A stretch of 55,123 nucleotides of DNA, taken from positions 1-55,123 of the forward strand of contig SIBH01000002.1 of NCBI GenBank assembly GCA_009695285.1, given 5' to 3'. The notes under the pieces are model-generated. The model made no database searches. It had not been told where the DNA came from and saw only the letters and a list, made by a program, of their open reading frames with translations. Made by a program: the position numbers and the translations under genes. This DNA comes from Pedosphaera sp. (GTDB taxonomy: Bacteria > Verrucomicrobiota > Verrucomicrobiia > Limisphaerales > SIBH01). Below, one piece after another: positions 38,485 through 48,510 of this stretch (the first letter of the stretch is position 1; each line of letters starts with the position of its first letter).

Positions 38485-38650
38485 GGGGAGATTTGCTTTC
38501 GTGCGAGAAGCGGCCCGCGCTCCGGGCCGGGGTTGGGCCTTTCCTTGAACCTCGGCTTCGGAACGCCGACTTCACTGCTGATTTCAGTGGTTGTCTTGAT
38601 ATTGAGCGAATTTGCCCCAACCCGGTCAAAGACTGCGCGATACATCGGTT

Positions 38651-38698
38651 CCTCAATTAGTTGTGCCCGTGTGAACAACTTTCCACCATATGTGGTGG
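38651..38698. promoter_or_regulatory. Tandem NrdR-box-like sites upstream of smc
   Basis: CCACCATATGTGGTGG (38683-38698) and the weaker CCTCAATTAGTTGTGC (38651-38666), 32 bp apart; consensus acaCwAtATaTwGtg. Confidence 0.6.
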
Positions 38699-38745
38699 AT
38701 TTCGACTTTACACGGGCGGGTTAATCCTTTTTTATTTGAAATGTC

Positions 38746-41700
38746 ATGTATCTCAAAAACCTTACCGTTCTTGGTTTCAAGTCCTTTGCGGACAAGACAT
38801 CCCTCAACTTCCAGCCCGGTGTGACCGCCATTGTCGGTCCCAACGGGTGCGGCAAATCCAATGTGTCCGACGCCATCCGTTGGGTCTTGGGCGAGCAATC
38901 AGCAAAGGCGCTGCGCGGCGGCGAAATGGCCGACGTGATTTTCAACGGCACCGATGGGCGCAAACCGCTCGGCATGGCCGAGGTGTCGCTGACCATCGGC
39001 GGGGTGGATCAGGAGCAGTTGATCATTTCCGGGGTGGAGGTGGCCTACGATGAAGTCACGCTCACGCGCCGCGTTTTCCGCGATGGCGGGAGCGAGTATT
39101 TCATCAACAAGACCCCGTGCCGACTGAAGGACATCCAGCAAATTTTCATGGGCACCGGCATGGGCAAGACGAGCTACTCGATCATGGCCCAGGGAAACAT
39201 CACGCAGATTCTTTCGAGCAAGCCCGATGACCGCCGCATGGTTTTCGAAGAGGCCGCCGGCATCACCAAATACAAGGCGCAGAAACGGGAGGCGCTCCGC
39301 AAGCTGGAATACACGGACCAAAATCTCCTGCGCGTGGCCGATCTCATCCGCGAGGTGAAGCGGCAGATCGGCTCGCTTCAGCGCCAGGCCGGCAAGGCGC
39401 GCCGCTACAAGCAGCTTTCGCTGGAACTCCAGCACCTTGACACGCAGCTCGCACGTCATCAGTTCGATGTCCTCCAGGCGGAGATCACCGAGCGCGCGGC
39501 CTCGGCGGAAAAGTTGCGCGCGGAAATGGAAGCCTGCTCGGAGAGCCTGCTGCGCGCGGAGGATGAAATTCTGCAACTGCGCTCGCGCCTTTCCGAACTG
39601 GAGCAGGCGATCAATGCCTCGCAGCAGCGCGGCCTGGAGTTGAAGGGCCAGATCGACCGGCACGAGAGCCGCATCCATTTCAACGACGAGCGGCTCCAGG
39701 AACTTGAAAATCAGAACGCCCGCGCGCTTCACGAAATCAACGAGTCGGAGGAACGCAAGCTGGCCGCCGAGGCGGAAATGAAAGTGGTCAGTGAACGGCT
39801 CGCCGGCTCGACCGCCGCGCTGGAACAGCATCGCGTCGCGCTCAACGAAAAGCGCGACGCTCTCTCGCAGGTCGAGGCCGGCCTGTCGCGCCAGCAGGAG
39901 ACGCTCCGCCAGGCGCAGTCCGACGCGTTTGACGCCGCGCAGCAGTTGGGCCGCGTCCGCAACGAAATCAACGCGCTCGATTTGCAGAAGCAGGGCAACG
40001 TCGTCCGGCTTGAAAAATTGTCGTCGGAGAAAATCCAGTTGGAAGAGGAGCGCACCCGCCTCGAAACTCGCCTCACGGAATTTGCGGCGAACGTGGAGTC
40101 CGAGAAGCTGGGCGTCCAGACTTCGCGCGGCACGGTCGAGCAGCGCCAGCAGCGGCTGCGCGACATCCAGGTGGAGATGAACCAGGTGGTGCAGGAGCTG
40201 GACGGCGTGGTGCGGCAGCAGGCGGAGAATCGTTCGCGCCTGAACGTGCTCGAACAGTTGCAGGAATCACATGAGGGCTTCAGCGGCGGCACGCTGGCCG
40301 CGCTCCAGCAGACGCAGTCGGTGCTGGGTTCGCTGGCCGACAAGATTCGCGTGCCGGACAAATACATCCCGGCCATCGAAGCCGCGCTCGGCCATCATTT
40401 GCAGCTCGTGCTCACGGAGCAGCCCGAGGCCGCGCAGCAAATCCTCGCCGACCTCAGCGCCGGCAAGAAAGGCCGCGCCAGCATCGCGGCGTTGCAATTC
40501 ACCGAGGCGGATGGCGCGGTGCAAGAGGGCGGCCGCGCGCCGGAATCGGACACGGACTTTCTCGAAGCCAGCCAGCTTCTCTCGAAGAAAGATCCGGCGG
40601 AGCTTTACGCCGCGAAGGTCGTCGAAGCGGACGAAGCTGTGCGCCCGCTGGTTGCGCGGTTGCTCGGCATGACGCGGATCGTTCCCGACCTCGCGGCCGC
40701 CACGGCGGCGTGGCGCGAGAGCCTGGGCGCGTTTCATTATGTGACGCTAGCGGGCGAACAGTTGAGCCGCCACGGCGTTTACACCGGCGGTTCCGCGAAC
40801 GGCTCCGGCAAGGCGCCGGCTTCCATTCTTGGCCGCAAGAATCAAATCGTCGAACTCAAGGCTGCGCTGTCCGGGCTGCAGGAAAAAGTAGCTGAAGCCA
40901 GCCGCCGCAAGGGCGCGCTGCAAAGCGAGCAGACGGCGTTGCAGGCTAGCCTGCAGCAGGCGCAGACGGAACTGCGCGCGCAGGAAGTTGCCATCGCCAC
41001 GCGCCAGGGCGAGTTGAACGCGCTGCAAAATTCGCAGCGCACCCTCGGCCAGAAGATCGAGACGGTCGTTTATGAAGTGCAGAGCCTGGCCGCTCACGAG
41101 CAGGAAGGCATGCAGAAGCGCAACGCCCTCGCCGGGCAGATCGTCGCTCTCGAGCAGCGCGAGCAGGCCGCCACCGCGCAAGTCACCGAACTGACCGCCG
41201 GACTCGAGACCCTCCGCGAGCAGCGCGACGCCGCGAACACCGCGCTCACGGAGACGAAAGTCGCGCTCGCCACCGAGGAGCAGCTCGTCGCGTCCTTTGC
41301 CAAGCAGAAATTCCCGCTGGAGCAGCGCCTCCGCGAACTGGCCCAGTTGATCCAGCAGCGCCGCAACGAGTGCGGTTCGTTCCTCACGAAGAAGCAGCAG
41401 TTCGAGGCCGAGATCGCGGAATCGCGCCGGCAGATCGAACGGCTGGATCACGACCGCGAGCAGGTCGGCGCGCAGACGGCGGAGTTGTCGAACCAAAAGG
41501 AGGCGCAGGACACTGACATTTCGGCGCGCGAGGAAAATCTGCGCGGCCAGCGCGGGCGGTTGACCTCGGTGCAAACCCAGCGCGGCGCGCTCGAGGTGGA
41601 ACTGGCGCAGAAAAACATGGCCGTGCAAAACCTGCGCGAGCGTGTGCAGCAGAAGTGGCAGGTCAATCTCGACGACGTGCGCAGCGAGTGCATCACCATC

Positions 41701-42552
41701 ACCGTGGCCGACGAAGGCGCGGCGCGCGTCCAGACGCTCACGCCCGAGGAAATGGCGGCGGCAGGCGCCTCGACGGACTGGGTCGCCGTGGGCGAGCAGG
41801 TCGGCGCGCTGCAGAAGCGCATCGAGGAAATCGGGCCGGTGAACCTGGTGGCCATCGAGGAATACGAGGAGACCGAGCAGCGCCACACCTTCCTAACCAC
41901 GCAGCATGATGATCTGGTCCAGGCCAAGGGGCAGTTGGTCGAGGTCATCAACCGGATCAACGTCCAGACGAAGGAAATGTTCACCACCACCTTCAACCAG
42001 ATTCGCGACAACTTCCGCGCGCTCTTCGTGGAAATTTTCGGCGGCGGCAAAGCCGACCTCATCCTGACCGACGAAAACGACGTGCTGGAAAGCGGCATCG
42101 ACATCGTGGCGCGTCCGCCCGGCAAGCAGTTGCAGACCATCTCGCTGCTCTCGGGCGGCGAGCAGACCATGACCGCCGTGGCGCTTCTTTTCTCGATCTA
42201 CCAGGTGAAACCCTCCCCGTTCTGCGTGCTCGACGAACTCGACGCGCCGCTCGACGAATCGAACATCAACCGCTTCATCCGCGTGCTGCAACGCTTCCTC
42301 GTCCACTCGCAGTTCGTCATCATCACGCACAACAAGCGCACCATCGGCATGGCGGATGTGCTCTACGGCGTGACCATGCAGGAGCACGGCATCAGCCGCA
42401 TCGTAAGCGTGAAGTTCCACAAGACCGGCGAACCAGCGACCGGCCACGCCGCCGCGCCGCTGGTTCCGCCCCCGTCGATCCCGACCGTGGACGCGGAAGA
42501 AGATCAGGAGCGCCCGCGCGAGGATGCCATGGACGTGGTGATGGCGAAGTAG
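38746..42552 (+). CDS. smc: Chromosome segregation protein SMC
   Basis: GFKSFAD, GPNGCGKSN, coiled coils with a hinge, LSGGE, LDELDAPLD, ITHNK. Confidence 0.98.
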   Translation: MYLKNLTVLGFKSFADKTSLNFQPGVTAIVGPNGCGKSNVSDAIRWVLGEQSAKALRGGEMADVIFNGTDGRKPLGMAEVSLTIGGVDQEQLIISGVEVAYDEVTLTRRVFRDGGSEYFINKTPCRLKDIQQIFMGTGMGKTSYSIMAQGNITQILSSKPDDRRMVFEEAAGITKYKAQKREALRKLEYTDQNLLRVADLIREVKRQIGSLQRQAGKARRYKQLSLELQHLDTQLARHQFDVLQAEITERAASAEKLRAEMEACSESLLRAEDEILQLRSRLSELEQAINASQQRGLELKGQIDRHESRIHFNDERLQELENQNARALHEINESEERKLAAEAEMKVVSERLAGSTAALEQHRVALNEKRDALSQVEAGLSRQQETLRQAQSDAFDAAQQLGRVRNEINALDLQKQGNVVRLEKLSSEKIQLEEERTRLETRLTEFAANVESEKLGVQTSRGTVEQRQQRLRDIQVEMNQVVQELDGVVRQQAENRSRLNVLEQLQESHEGFSGGTLAALQQTQSVLGSLADKIRVPDKYIPAIEAALGHHLQLVLTEQPEAAQQILADLSAGKKGRASIAALQFTEADGAVQEGGRAPESDTDFLEASQLLSKKDPAELYAAKVVEADEAVRPLVARLLGMTRIVPDLAAATAAWRESLGAFHYVTLAGEQLSRHGVYTGGSANGSGKAPASILGRKNQIVELKAALSGLQEKVAEASRRKGALQSEQTALQASLQQAQTELRAQEVAIATRQGELNALQNSQRTLGQKIETVVYEVQSLAAHEQEGMQKRNALAGQIVALEQREQAATAQVTELTAGLETLREQRDAANTALTETKVALATEEQLVASFAKQKFPLEQRLRELAQLIQQRRNECGSFLTKKQQFEAEIAESRRQIERLDHDREQVGAQTAELSNQKEAQDTDISAREENLRGQRGRLTSVQTQRGALEVELAQKNMAVQNLRERVQQKWQVNLDDVRSECITITVADEGAARVQTLTPEEMAAAGASTDWVAVGEQVGALQKRIEEIGPVNLVAIEEYEETEQRHTFLTTQHDDLVQAKGQLVEVINRINVQTKEMFTTTFNQIRDNFRALFVEIFGGGKADLILTDENDVLESGIDIVARPPGKQLQTISLLSGGEQTMTAVALLFSIYQVKPSPFCVLDELDAPLDESNINRFIRVLQRFLVHSQFVIITHNKRTIGMADVLYGVTMQEHGISRIVSVKFHKTGEPATGHAAAPLVPPPSIPTVDAEEDQERPREDAMDVVMAK

Positions 42553-42680
42553 ATTTCAAGGCGCACTCCGGGAAAAGCGTTCATCATCCACGCCGTGCTC
42601 ATGCATTCATTGCCGCGGTATTTATTTGCGACAAACCGGGCGGCTGACTAGCGTTTCCGCCCAATGACTGCATTCATCTT

Positions 42681-44840
42681 ATGAGCCAGACGCCACTGAC
42701 TGCGGCGGAAGTGAAGCACCTGATCGCCGGATTGCACCGGCTAGCCCGCAACCTGTGGTGGAGCTGGGACCAGGACGCGCAGGAGATTTTCCAGGAGCTT
42801 TCGCCGCGCGGCTGGCAGAATCTTTACCACAATGCCGTCGCCATTTTGCACGAGGTCTCGGAATACGAGTTGGGCGTGCGCCTGCAGGAACCGGCCTTTG
42901 CTGGGCGCGTGCGCCAGGTGCTGAAAAATTTCGACGCCTACCTGAACGAGTCGGCCACCTGGGGCGCGCAGCACGCCCCAGCGCTGGCGAAAACCCCCGT
43001 CGCCTACTTTTCCGCCGAGTTTGCCTTTCACGAAACGCTGCCCATCGCGGCAGGTGGCCTCGGCGTGCTGGCCGGGGATCACGCGAAATCAGCGAGCGAT
43101 CTGGGCCTCGGTTTCGTCGGTGTCAGCCTGTTTTATCGCGAAGGATATTTTCAACAGACCTTCAACCAGGAGAACTGGCAGACCGAGCACTACACCCTGC
43201 TCAATCCGAGAAACCTCCCGCTCGAACCGGTGCTCGACGCCAGCGGCCAGCAGGTGGTCTGCTCTGTGCGCATCGTCACCGGCACGATATTTTTCCATGC
43301 TTGGCGCGTGAACGTTGGCCGGGTGCCGGTCTATCTGCTCGACACCAACCGGCCGGAAAACGAGCCGCACTACCGCGATCTCACGCTGCGCGTCTATGGC
43401 GGGGACAGTTCCACGCGCATCATGCAGGAGATTGTGCTCGGCGTCGGCGGCGTGCGGTTGCTGCGCGCGCTCGGCCTCCAGCCCTCGACCTTCCACATGA
43501 ACGAAGGACACGCGGCGTTCCTCACACTGGAGTTGATCCGCGAAAAAATGGCCGCCGGCCAGACGTTCGAGCAGGCGCTGCCGCTCACCAAGGCCGAATG
43601 TATTTTCACCACCCACACCCCGGTCGAGGCGGGGCACGACCGTTTCAGCAGCGATCTCCTGGCCTACGCCGGGCAAAAATTCGCCAAGCAGCTCAAGCTG
43701 TCGCACGACGGTCTGATGGCGCTGGGCCGCGTCCACCCCGGCGACTCGTCCGAGCCGTTCTGCATGACGGTGCTGGCGCTCAAGTGCAGCCGCGCTGCCA
43801 ACGGGGTGAGTGAGCTGCACGGCCAGGTCAGCCGTGAAATGTGGATGGAACTTTTCAGCGTGAAAACTCCGGCGGAAGTGCCCATCAGCCATGTCACCAA
43901 CGGCGTGCATCTGGCCGGCTGGATGAAGGGCACCGTGCGCCGTTTCTGGAAGCGGAAGTTCGACGAGGCGGCGGCGGCCGGCGGGCCGGCCGGCGACTGG
44001 ATCAGCTGTCTGAATTCGCCGGAATTTTGGAAACTGGCGTCCGATCCGAACTTTGTTTCCGACGAGGAACTCTGGGCGCTGCGTTACCGACTGCGCCGCG
44101 AGATGCTTGAGTTCGCGCGCCGCCGCCTGCTCTTGCAGGGCGGGCGCCTGGCCCACGGCGACTTCATCGCGTTCGACGGCTTCCTCAATCCCGACGCGCT
44201 GACCATCGGGTTCGCGCGCCGCTTCGCCACCTACAAGCGCGCGCCGTTGATCTTCGACCGTTTCGACGAAGTGGTGAAATTGGTCAAGGACGCGGGGCGT
44301 CCCGTGCAGTTCATCTTTGCCGGCAAGGCCCATCCGCGCGACGACGCCGGCAAGGCCTTCATCCAAAAAGTGATTCACTTGAGCCAGTTCAGCGAACTGA
44401 AGGGGCATCTGGTTTTCATTGAGAACTACGACATCCACGTCGCGCGGCAGATGGTCAGCGGCTGCGACGTCTGGCTGAACAATCCGCGCCGCCCGCTCGA
44501 GGCCAGCGGCACCAGCGGCATGAAAACCATCGCGCACGGCTGCCTCAACCTGAGCATCATGGACGGCTGGTGGCGCGAAGGCTACGACGGCACGAACGGC
44601 TTTGCCATCGGGCCCGATTCGCATCCGGACGATCTCGAAGCACAGGACCGCGTGGACAGCGAGAACCTCTACAACGTGCTGACCAAGGAAGTGATTCCGA
44701 CCTACTTCAACCGCGACGCCAACGGTGTTCCGCGCGAGTGGATCAAGAAAATCCGCAGCGCCATGACCACGCTCGCGCCGCAATTCAGCACCTGGCGGAT
44801 GGTGCAGGAATACGCGACGAAGTATTACACGAAGAAGTAG
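42681..44840 (+). CDS. glgP: Alpha-glucan phosphorylase
   Basis: AYFSAEF, GGLGVLAGDH, HMNEGH, ARRFATYKR, EASGTSGMK. Confidence 0.95.
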   Translation: MSQTPLTAAEVKHLIAGLHRLARNLWWSWDQDAQEIFQELSPRGWQNLYHNAVAILHEVSEYELGVRLQEPAFAGRVRQVLKNFDAYLNESATWGAQHAPALAKTPVAYFSAEFAFHETLPIAAGGLGVLAGDHAKSASDLGLGFVGVSLFYREGYFQQTFNQENWQTEHYTLLNPRNLPLEPVLDASGQQVVCSVRIVTGTIFFHAWRVNVGRVPVYLLDTNRPENEPHYRDLTLRVYGGDSSTRIMQEIVLGVGGVRLLRALGLQPSTFHMNEGHAAFLTLELIREKMAAGQTFEQALPLTKAECIFTTHTPVEAGHDRFSSDLLAYAGQKFAKQLKLSHDGLMALGRVHPGDSSEPFCMTVLALKCSRAANGVSELHGQVSREMWMELFSVKTPAEVPISHVTNGVHLAGWMKGTVRRFWKRKFDEAAAAGGPAGDWISCLNSPEFWKLASDPNFVSDEELWALRYRLRREMLEFARRRLLLQGGRLAHGDFIAFDGFLNPDALTIGFARRFATYKRAPLIFDRFDEVVKLVKDAGRPVQFIFAGKAHPRDDAGKAFIQKVIHLSQFSELKGHLVFIENYDIHVARQMVSGCDVWLNNPRRPLEASGTSGMKTIAHGCLNLSIMDGWWREGYDGTNGFAIGPDSHPDDLEAQDRVDSENLYNVLTKEVIPTYFNRDANGVPREWIKKIRSAMTTLAPQFSTWRMVQEYATKYYTKK

Positions 44841-44851
44841 GGGGGAGGGGA

Positions 44852-44912
44852 GTGCGTGGTGCGTGGTGCGTGAGATTGACCAGGCGCCCCCGCTCCTTTT
44901 CACGCACCACGC
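44852..44912. repeat. Inverted pair of GTGCGTG/CACGCAC heptamer arrays
   Basis: (gtgcgtg)x3 then tcacgcaccacgc; the same unit occurs at 212-229 and 28954-28967. Confidence 0.75.
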
Positions 44913-44932
44913 CCCGCCGCCCCAACCCGCGC

Positions 44933-44961
44933 TTGGTTTCCTCCCGTTTCTCCCTTAACCT
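44933..44961 (+). promoter_or_regulatory. Promoter of rlmN (leaderless)
   Basis: TTGGTT-17nt-TAACCT, then 6 nt to GTG. Confidence 0.55.
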
Positions 44962-44967
44962 CCCCCC

Positions 44968-46113
44968 GTGACACACGACATCAAATCACTCACGCGCGAA
45001 GAACTGGAAGCCCGCTTCAAGGAATGGGGCGCGCCCGCCTACCGCGTCGGGCAGTTGCTCGACTGGCTTTACACGCGCCGCGTGACCGGCTGGGACGCCA
45101 TGACGAACCTGCCCAAGGCGCTGCGCGAAAAACTCACCGCCGAGTTCGCCCTGCACACCCTCGAACTCGTCCGCAAACAGGGCGCGCGCGACGCCACGCA
45201 AAAATTTTTGTGGAAACTCAACGACGGCCAGTTGATCGAGAGCGTGTTGATCCCTGCGAATCCCGCGCTCTACGGCGACGCCAGCGACCGCCACACCCTC
45301 TGCGTCAGCACGCAGGTTGGCTGCGCCTACGGCTGTAAGTTTTGCGCGAGCGGCCTGGACGGCTGGAAACGCAACCTGCGCGTGGAGGAAATTGTGGAGC
45401 AGATACTCGCGGTCGAACGATGGAATGAGAGGGAGAGTGGTCAGTCCTCAGTCGTCAGTCCTCAGTCGGAACAGGACGCGGCGGCGGCCAAGCAAAAAAC
45501 CGAGCCGCTGCGGCTGATCAATAATCTCGTCATCATGGGCATGGGTGAGCCGCTGGCCAACTACGACAATTTGCTGAAAGCCCTCCGCATCCTCAACGCG
45601 CCGTGGGGCGGGGGCATTGGCGCGCGCAAGATCACCGTTTCCACCAGCGGCCTCGCGCCGGAAATCCGCAAGCTGGCCGACGAGCCGCTCCAGTTCCGCC
45701 TCGCCATTTCGCTGCACGGCGCGACCGACGAGGTCCGCCAGCGGATCATGCCGGTGAACCGCAAGTATCCGCTCGCCGAACTGACCTCCGCGCTCGACTA
45801 CTACCAATGGAAGAAGGAGCGGATGATCACCTTCGAATACATCTTGATCGCCGGCGTGAATGACCACCTTGATCAAACCCGGCCGCTGGCCGCGCTCGCC
45901 CGCCGGCTCCACGCCAAGGTGAACCTCATTCCCTACAACACCGTCGAGGGCCTTAAATGGACACGCCCCACCGAGGAAGTGCAGGAGGCGTTTCTCGCCG
46001 CGCTGGAAAAACTGAACGTCACCGCCACGCTCCGCCGGGAAAAGGGCGGGGACATCGACGCGGCGTGCGGCCAGTTGCGGTTGAAAACAGAGCGCGAGCT
46101 GGCGGCCAAATGA
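44968..46113 (+). CDS. rlmN: 23S rRNA (adenine(2503)-C2)-methyltransferase
   Basis: CVSTQVGCAYGCKFCASG, MGMGEPL, ISLH, NLIPYN, DIDAACGQL. Confidence 0.96.
   Translation: MTHDIKSLTREELEARFKEWGAPAYRVGQLLDWLYTRRVTGWDAMTNLPKALREKLTAEFALHTLELVRKQGARDATQKFLWKLNDGQLIESVLIPANPALYGDASDRHTLCVSTQVGCAYGCKFCASGLDGWKRNLRVEEIVEQILAVERWNERESGQSSVVSPQSEQDAAAAKQKTEPLRLINNLVIMGMGEPLANYDNLLKALRILNAPWGGGIGARKITVSTSGLAPEIRKLADEPLQFRLAISLHGATDEVRQRIMPVNRKYPLAELTSALDYYQWKKERMITFEYILIAGVNDHLDQTRPLAALARRLHAKVNLIPYNTVEGLKWTRPTEEVQEAFLAALEKLNVTATLRREKGGDIDAACGQLRLKTERELAAK
45436..45467 (+). repeat. Degenerate heptamer repeat (AGTCCTC) inside rlmN
   Basis: agtggtc agtcctc agtcgtc agtcctc agtc; translated as SGQSSVVSPQS. 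Confidence 0.75.
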
Positions 46114-46169
46114 CGAATGACGAACCAACGTGCGCCGACAACACGGAGCGCATCCTGACCCTGCCCCCA

Positions 46170-46272
46170 GAGCGCGGATCTGTGACCCGCAGCGACTGGC
46201 GAAAACAGGGAACAATCGAGTTGTTGAGCACGCCTCCCATGGCCATGCGCTGCGGGGCTCAGACCCGCGCTC
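46170..46272. repeat. REP-like doublet (GAGCGCGG family)
   Basis: gagcgcggatctgtgacccgcagcg ... cgctgcggggctcagacccgcgctc. Confidence 0.7.
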
Positions 46273-46318
46273 CGTTCAAATTCAGACGCCACGTATTTTT
46301 CGTCACACTCGAACCCAG

Positions 46319-47887
46319 ATGAACCTTCCCCGTATCCTGCTGCTGGCCGGCCTGCTGTTGGCGCGGGGAATGTTTGCCGCGGGGGGCGTCACCCACGTGC
46401 TGGCCACGGCGGATGAAATCATTCTCACCGTCCAGGGATCGGGCGCGGTGCAGATCGTCGAACTCGCGCCTTACGAAACGATCTCCCACGCCGGCCAGGC
46501 ACCGTGCGTCGCCTCGGCGATGCTGGCCGCGGAAACGCGCGTGGCGTTCCCGCGATTCGCGGCGGGTCGCGACCGGATTTATTCCGGGTTTCTCGCGCAG
46601 CCAGCCGGGCCGGGCCGGGAACCGGCCGCGCTCGGCGGGATTTTTTTCGTGGACGAGATGCGCGGCGTCTCAAAAAGCGACGAGCCGTTTCCCGTCGTGG
46701 CCAGCAAGAAGGGCTTGCAGGTGCAGATGGTCGATGACGCCATCGCGCTCGGCGTGAAACACGCGGCGTTGAATTTCAACGTGGCCGCGATGTTCGACCT
46801 CGCGCGCGGCACGAACAATTACGTCTGGCGCATGGACGGGCAGGATTATTATTTCAACCGCCGGATGATCGACTCGGTGCCGGTGAAAAAACTGACCGAC
46901 GCCGGGGCGACGGTGACGCTGATCCTGCTGGCCTATCAGTCACGCAATCCGCTAATCGACCGCTTGGTGTTGCATCCACGCGCGGTCACGAACGCGCCGA
47001 ACCACATCGCGGCGTTCAACACCTCCACGCCGGACGGACTGCGGTATTTCAAGGCGGGCATGGAGTTTCTCGCCGATCACTATTTGCGGCCTGACCGGAA
47101 ATATGGGCGGGCGGTGAACTTCATCGTTGGCAACGAGGTGAACGCGCACTGGTTCTGGTACAATCTGGGCCCGGCGGCGATGGAGACGGTGGCGGAGGAT
47201 TATCTCCGCACCGTGCGCGTCGTCCACACCGCCGTGCGCAAGAGCAGTTCCACGGCGCGCGTTTATCTGTCACTCGATCATCATTGGAACATTGTCTATA
47301 CCGGCAATCCGCAGCGCGCCTGCACGGGCCAAGCGCTGGTGGACGAGATGAACCGCCGCTCGAAGCTCGGCGGCGATTTCGACTGGCACATCGCGTTTCA
47401 TCCGTACCCGGAAAACTTGTTCAAGCCGCGCGTCTGGCTCGACCGGACGGCGACGAACAGCGTGAACTCGCCGCGCATCACGTTCAAAAACCTGGAGCAG
47501 CTCACCCGTTACCTGCGCCAGCCTGAACTACTTTGTCAGGGCGTGCCGCGCCGGGTGATCTTGTCGGAGCAGGGTTTTCATTCGGACGCCACGCCGCAGG
47601 GTGAAGAACTGCAGGCGGCGGCTTATTGCTACGCCTCTTGGAAGACGGATCACCTCGACGGCATCGACTCGTTCATCTTGCACCGCCACGTCGATCACAA
47701 AATGGAGGGCGGACTGAACCTCGGCCTGTGGACGCGCCAGACCAATTCCATCGCCACGCCGCTCGCAAAGAAAAAGATTTACGAGGTCTTCAAGGCTGCC
47801 GACACGCCGGGCCGGAACCGGGCGTTCGCCTTCGCGCTGCCGTTGATCGGCATCACGAATTGGAGCCAGGTTCTGCCGGGGAAGTGA
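46319..47887 (+). CDS. Secreted DUF5722-like protein, probable clan GH-A glycoside hydrolase
   Basis: Signal peptide; SKKGLQ, IVGNEVN (acid/base), AFHPYP, ILSEQG (nucleophile). Confidence 0.75.
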   Translation: MNLPRILLLAGLLLARGMFAAGGVTHVLATADEIILTVQGSGAVQIVELAPYETISHAGQAPCVASAMLAAETRVAFPRFAAGRDRIYSGFLAQPAGPGREPAALGGIFFVDEMRGVSKSDEPFPVVASKKGLQVQMVDDAIALGVKHAALNFNVAAMFDLARGTNNYVWRMDGQDYYFNRRMIDSVPVKKLTDAGATVTLILLAYQSRNPLIDRLVLHPRAVTNAPNHIAAFNTSTPDGLRYFKAGMEFLADHYLRPDRKYGRAVNFIVGNEVNAHWFWYNLGPAAMETVAEDYLRTVRVVHTAVRKSSSTARVYLSLDHHWNIVYTGNPQRACTGQALVDEMNRRSKLGGDFDWHIAFHPYPENLFKPRVWLDRTATNSVNSPRITFKNLEQLTRYLRQPELLCQGVPRRVILSEQGFHSDATPQGEELQAAAYCYASWKTDHLDGIDSFILHRHVDHKMEGGLNLGLWTRQTNSIATPLAKKKIYEVFKAADTPGRNRAFAFALPLIGITNWSQVLPGK

Positions 47888-47893
47888 GCGGGA

Positions 47894-48034
47894 TTTAACG
47901 CAAAGGCGCAGAGGCGCAAAGGTAGGGAGGGCAGTCCTCTGCCCACCGTGGCGGTTGGCTGGTCGGGCGCCTCGTCGGTGAGTGGTTTAGGGGCGAGACA
48001 CTCCACGACACAGGCGAGACGCCTGCGCCACTAC
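47894..48034. repeat. Cluster of short repeats and REP remnants between convergent genes
   Basis: tttaacgcaaaggcgcagaggcgcaaag, then ggtagggagggcagtcctctgcccaccg (as at 10145), then cacaggcgagacgcctgcgccactac. Confidence 0.6.
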
Positions 48035-48048
48035 TGCACGGGAACCAG

Positions 48049-48510
48049 CTAGATCACGTAGTCCAGCAGGCTGGCCGGCTCGCTTTGCAGTTTGCGGGCG
48101 CGGTCGCACAGTTCCGCGAGGGTCACGCGCTCGACGATTTTCACCGTGGCGTCGCGCACTTCTTTCATCACGCTGCGGATGGCGCAGCGCGCTTCGTCGG
48201 GGCAGGAGCATTTTTCGTAGAAGCGTTCGCTCACGCAACTGACCGGGGCGAGCGCGCCTTCGAGATGGCGGATGATGACGGCGAGAGTGATTTCCTCCGG
48301 CGGCCGCGAGAGCCGGTAGCCGCCCGCGACTCCGCGCTTGCTCTCGACAACCTGCGCGGATTTGAGGTCGTTGAGAATCTGTTCGAGGAAGCGCTTGGGA
48401 ATTTTTTGCTGCTCGGAGATGGTCTGAATTCTCACGACGGCTTCGCTGTAATTCGTGCCGAGCACCAGCAGGGCGCGCAGCGCATATTCGCCTCGAAGCG
48501 AGAGTTTCAT
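48049..48510 (-). CDS. Rrf2 family transcriptional regulator
   Basis: MKLSLRGEYALRAL, IPKRFLEQIL, SKRGVAGGYRL, Cys cluster CVSERFYEKCSCPDEARC. Confidence 0.93.
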   Translation of the reverse strand: MKLSLRGEYALRALLVLGTNYSEAVVRIQTISEQQKIPKRFLEQILNDLKSAQVVESKRGVAGGYRLSRPPEEITLAVIIRHLEGALAPVSCVSERFYEKCSCPDEARCAIRSVMKEVRDATVKIVERVTLAELCDRARKLQSEPASLLDYVI

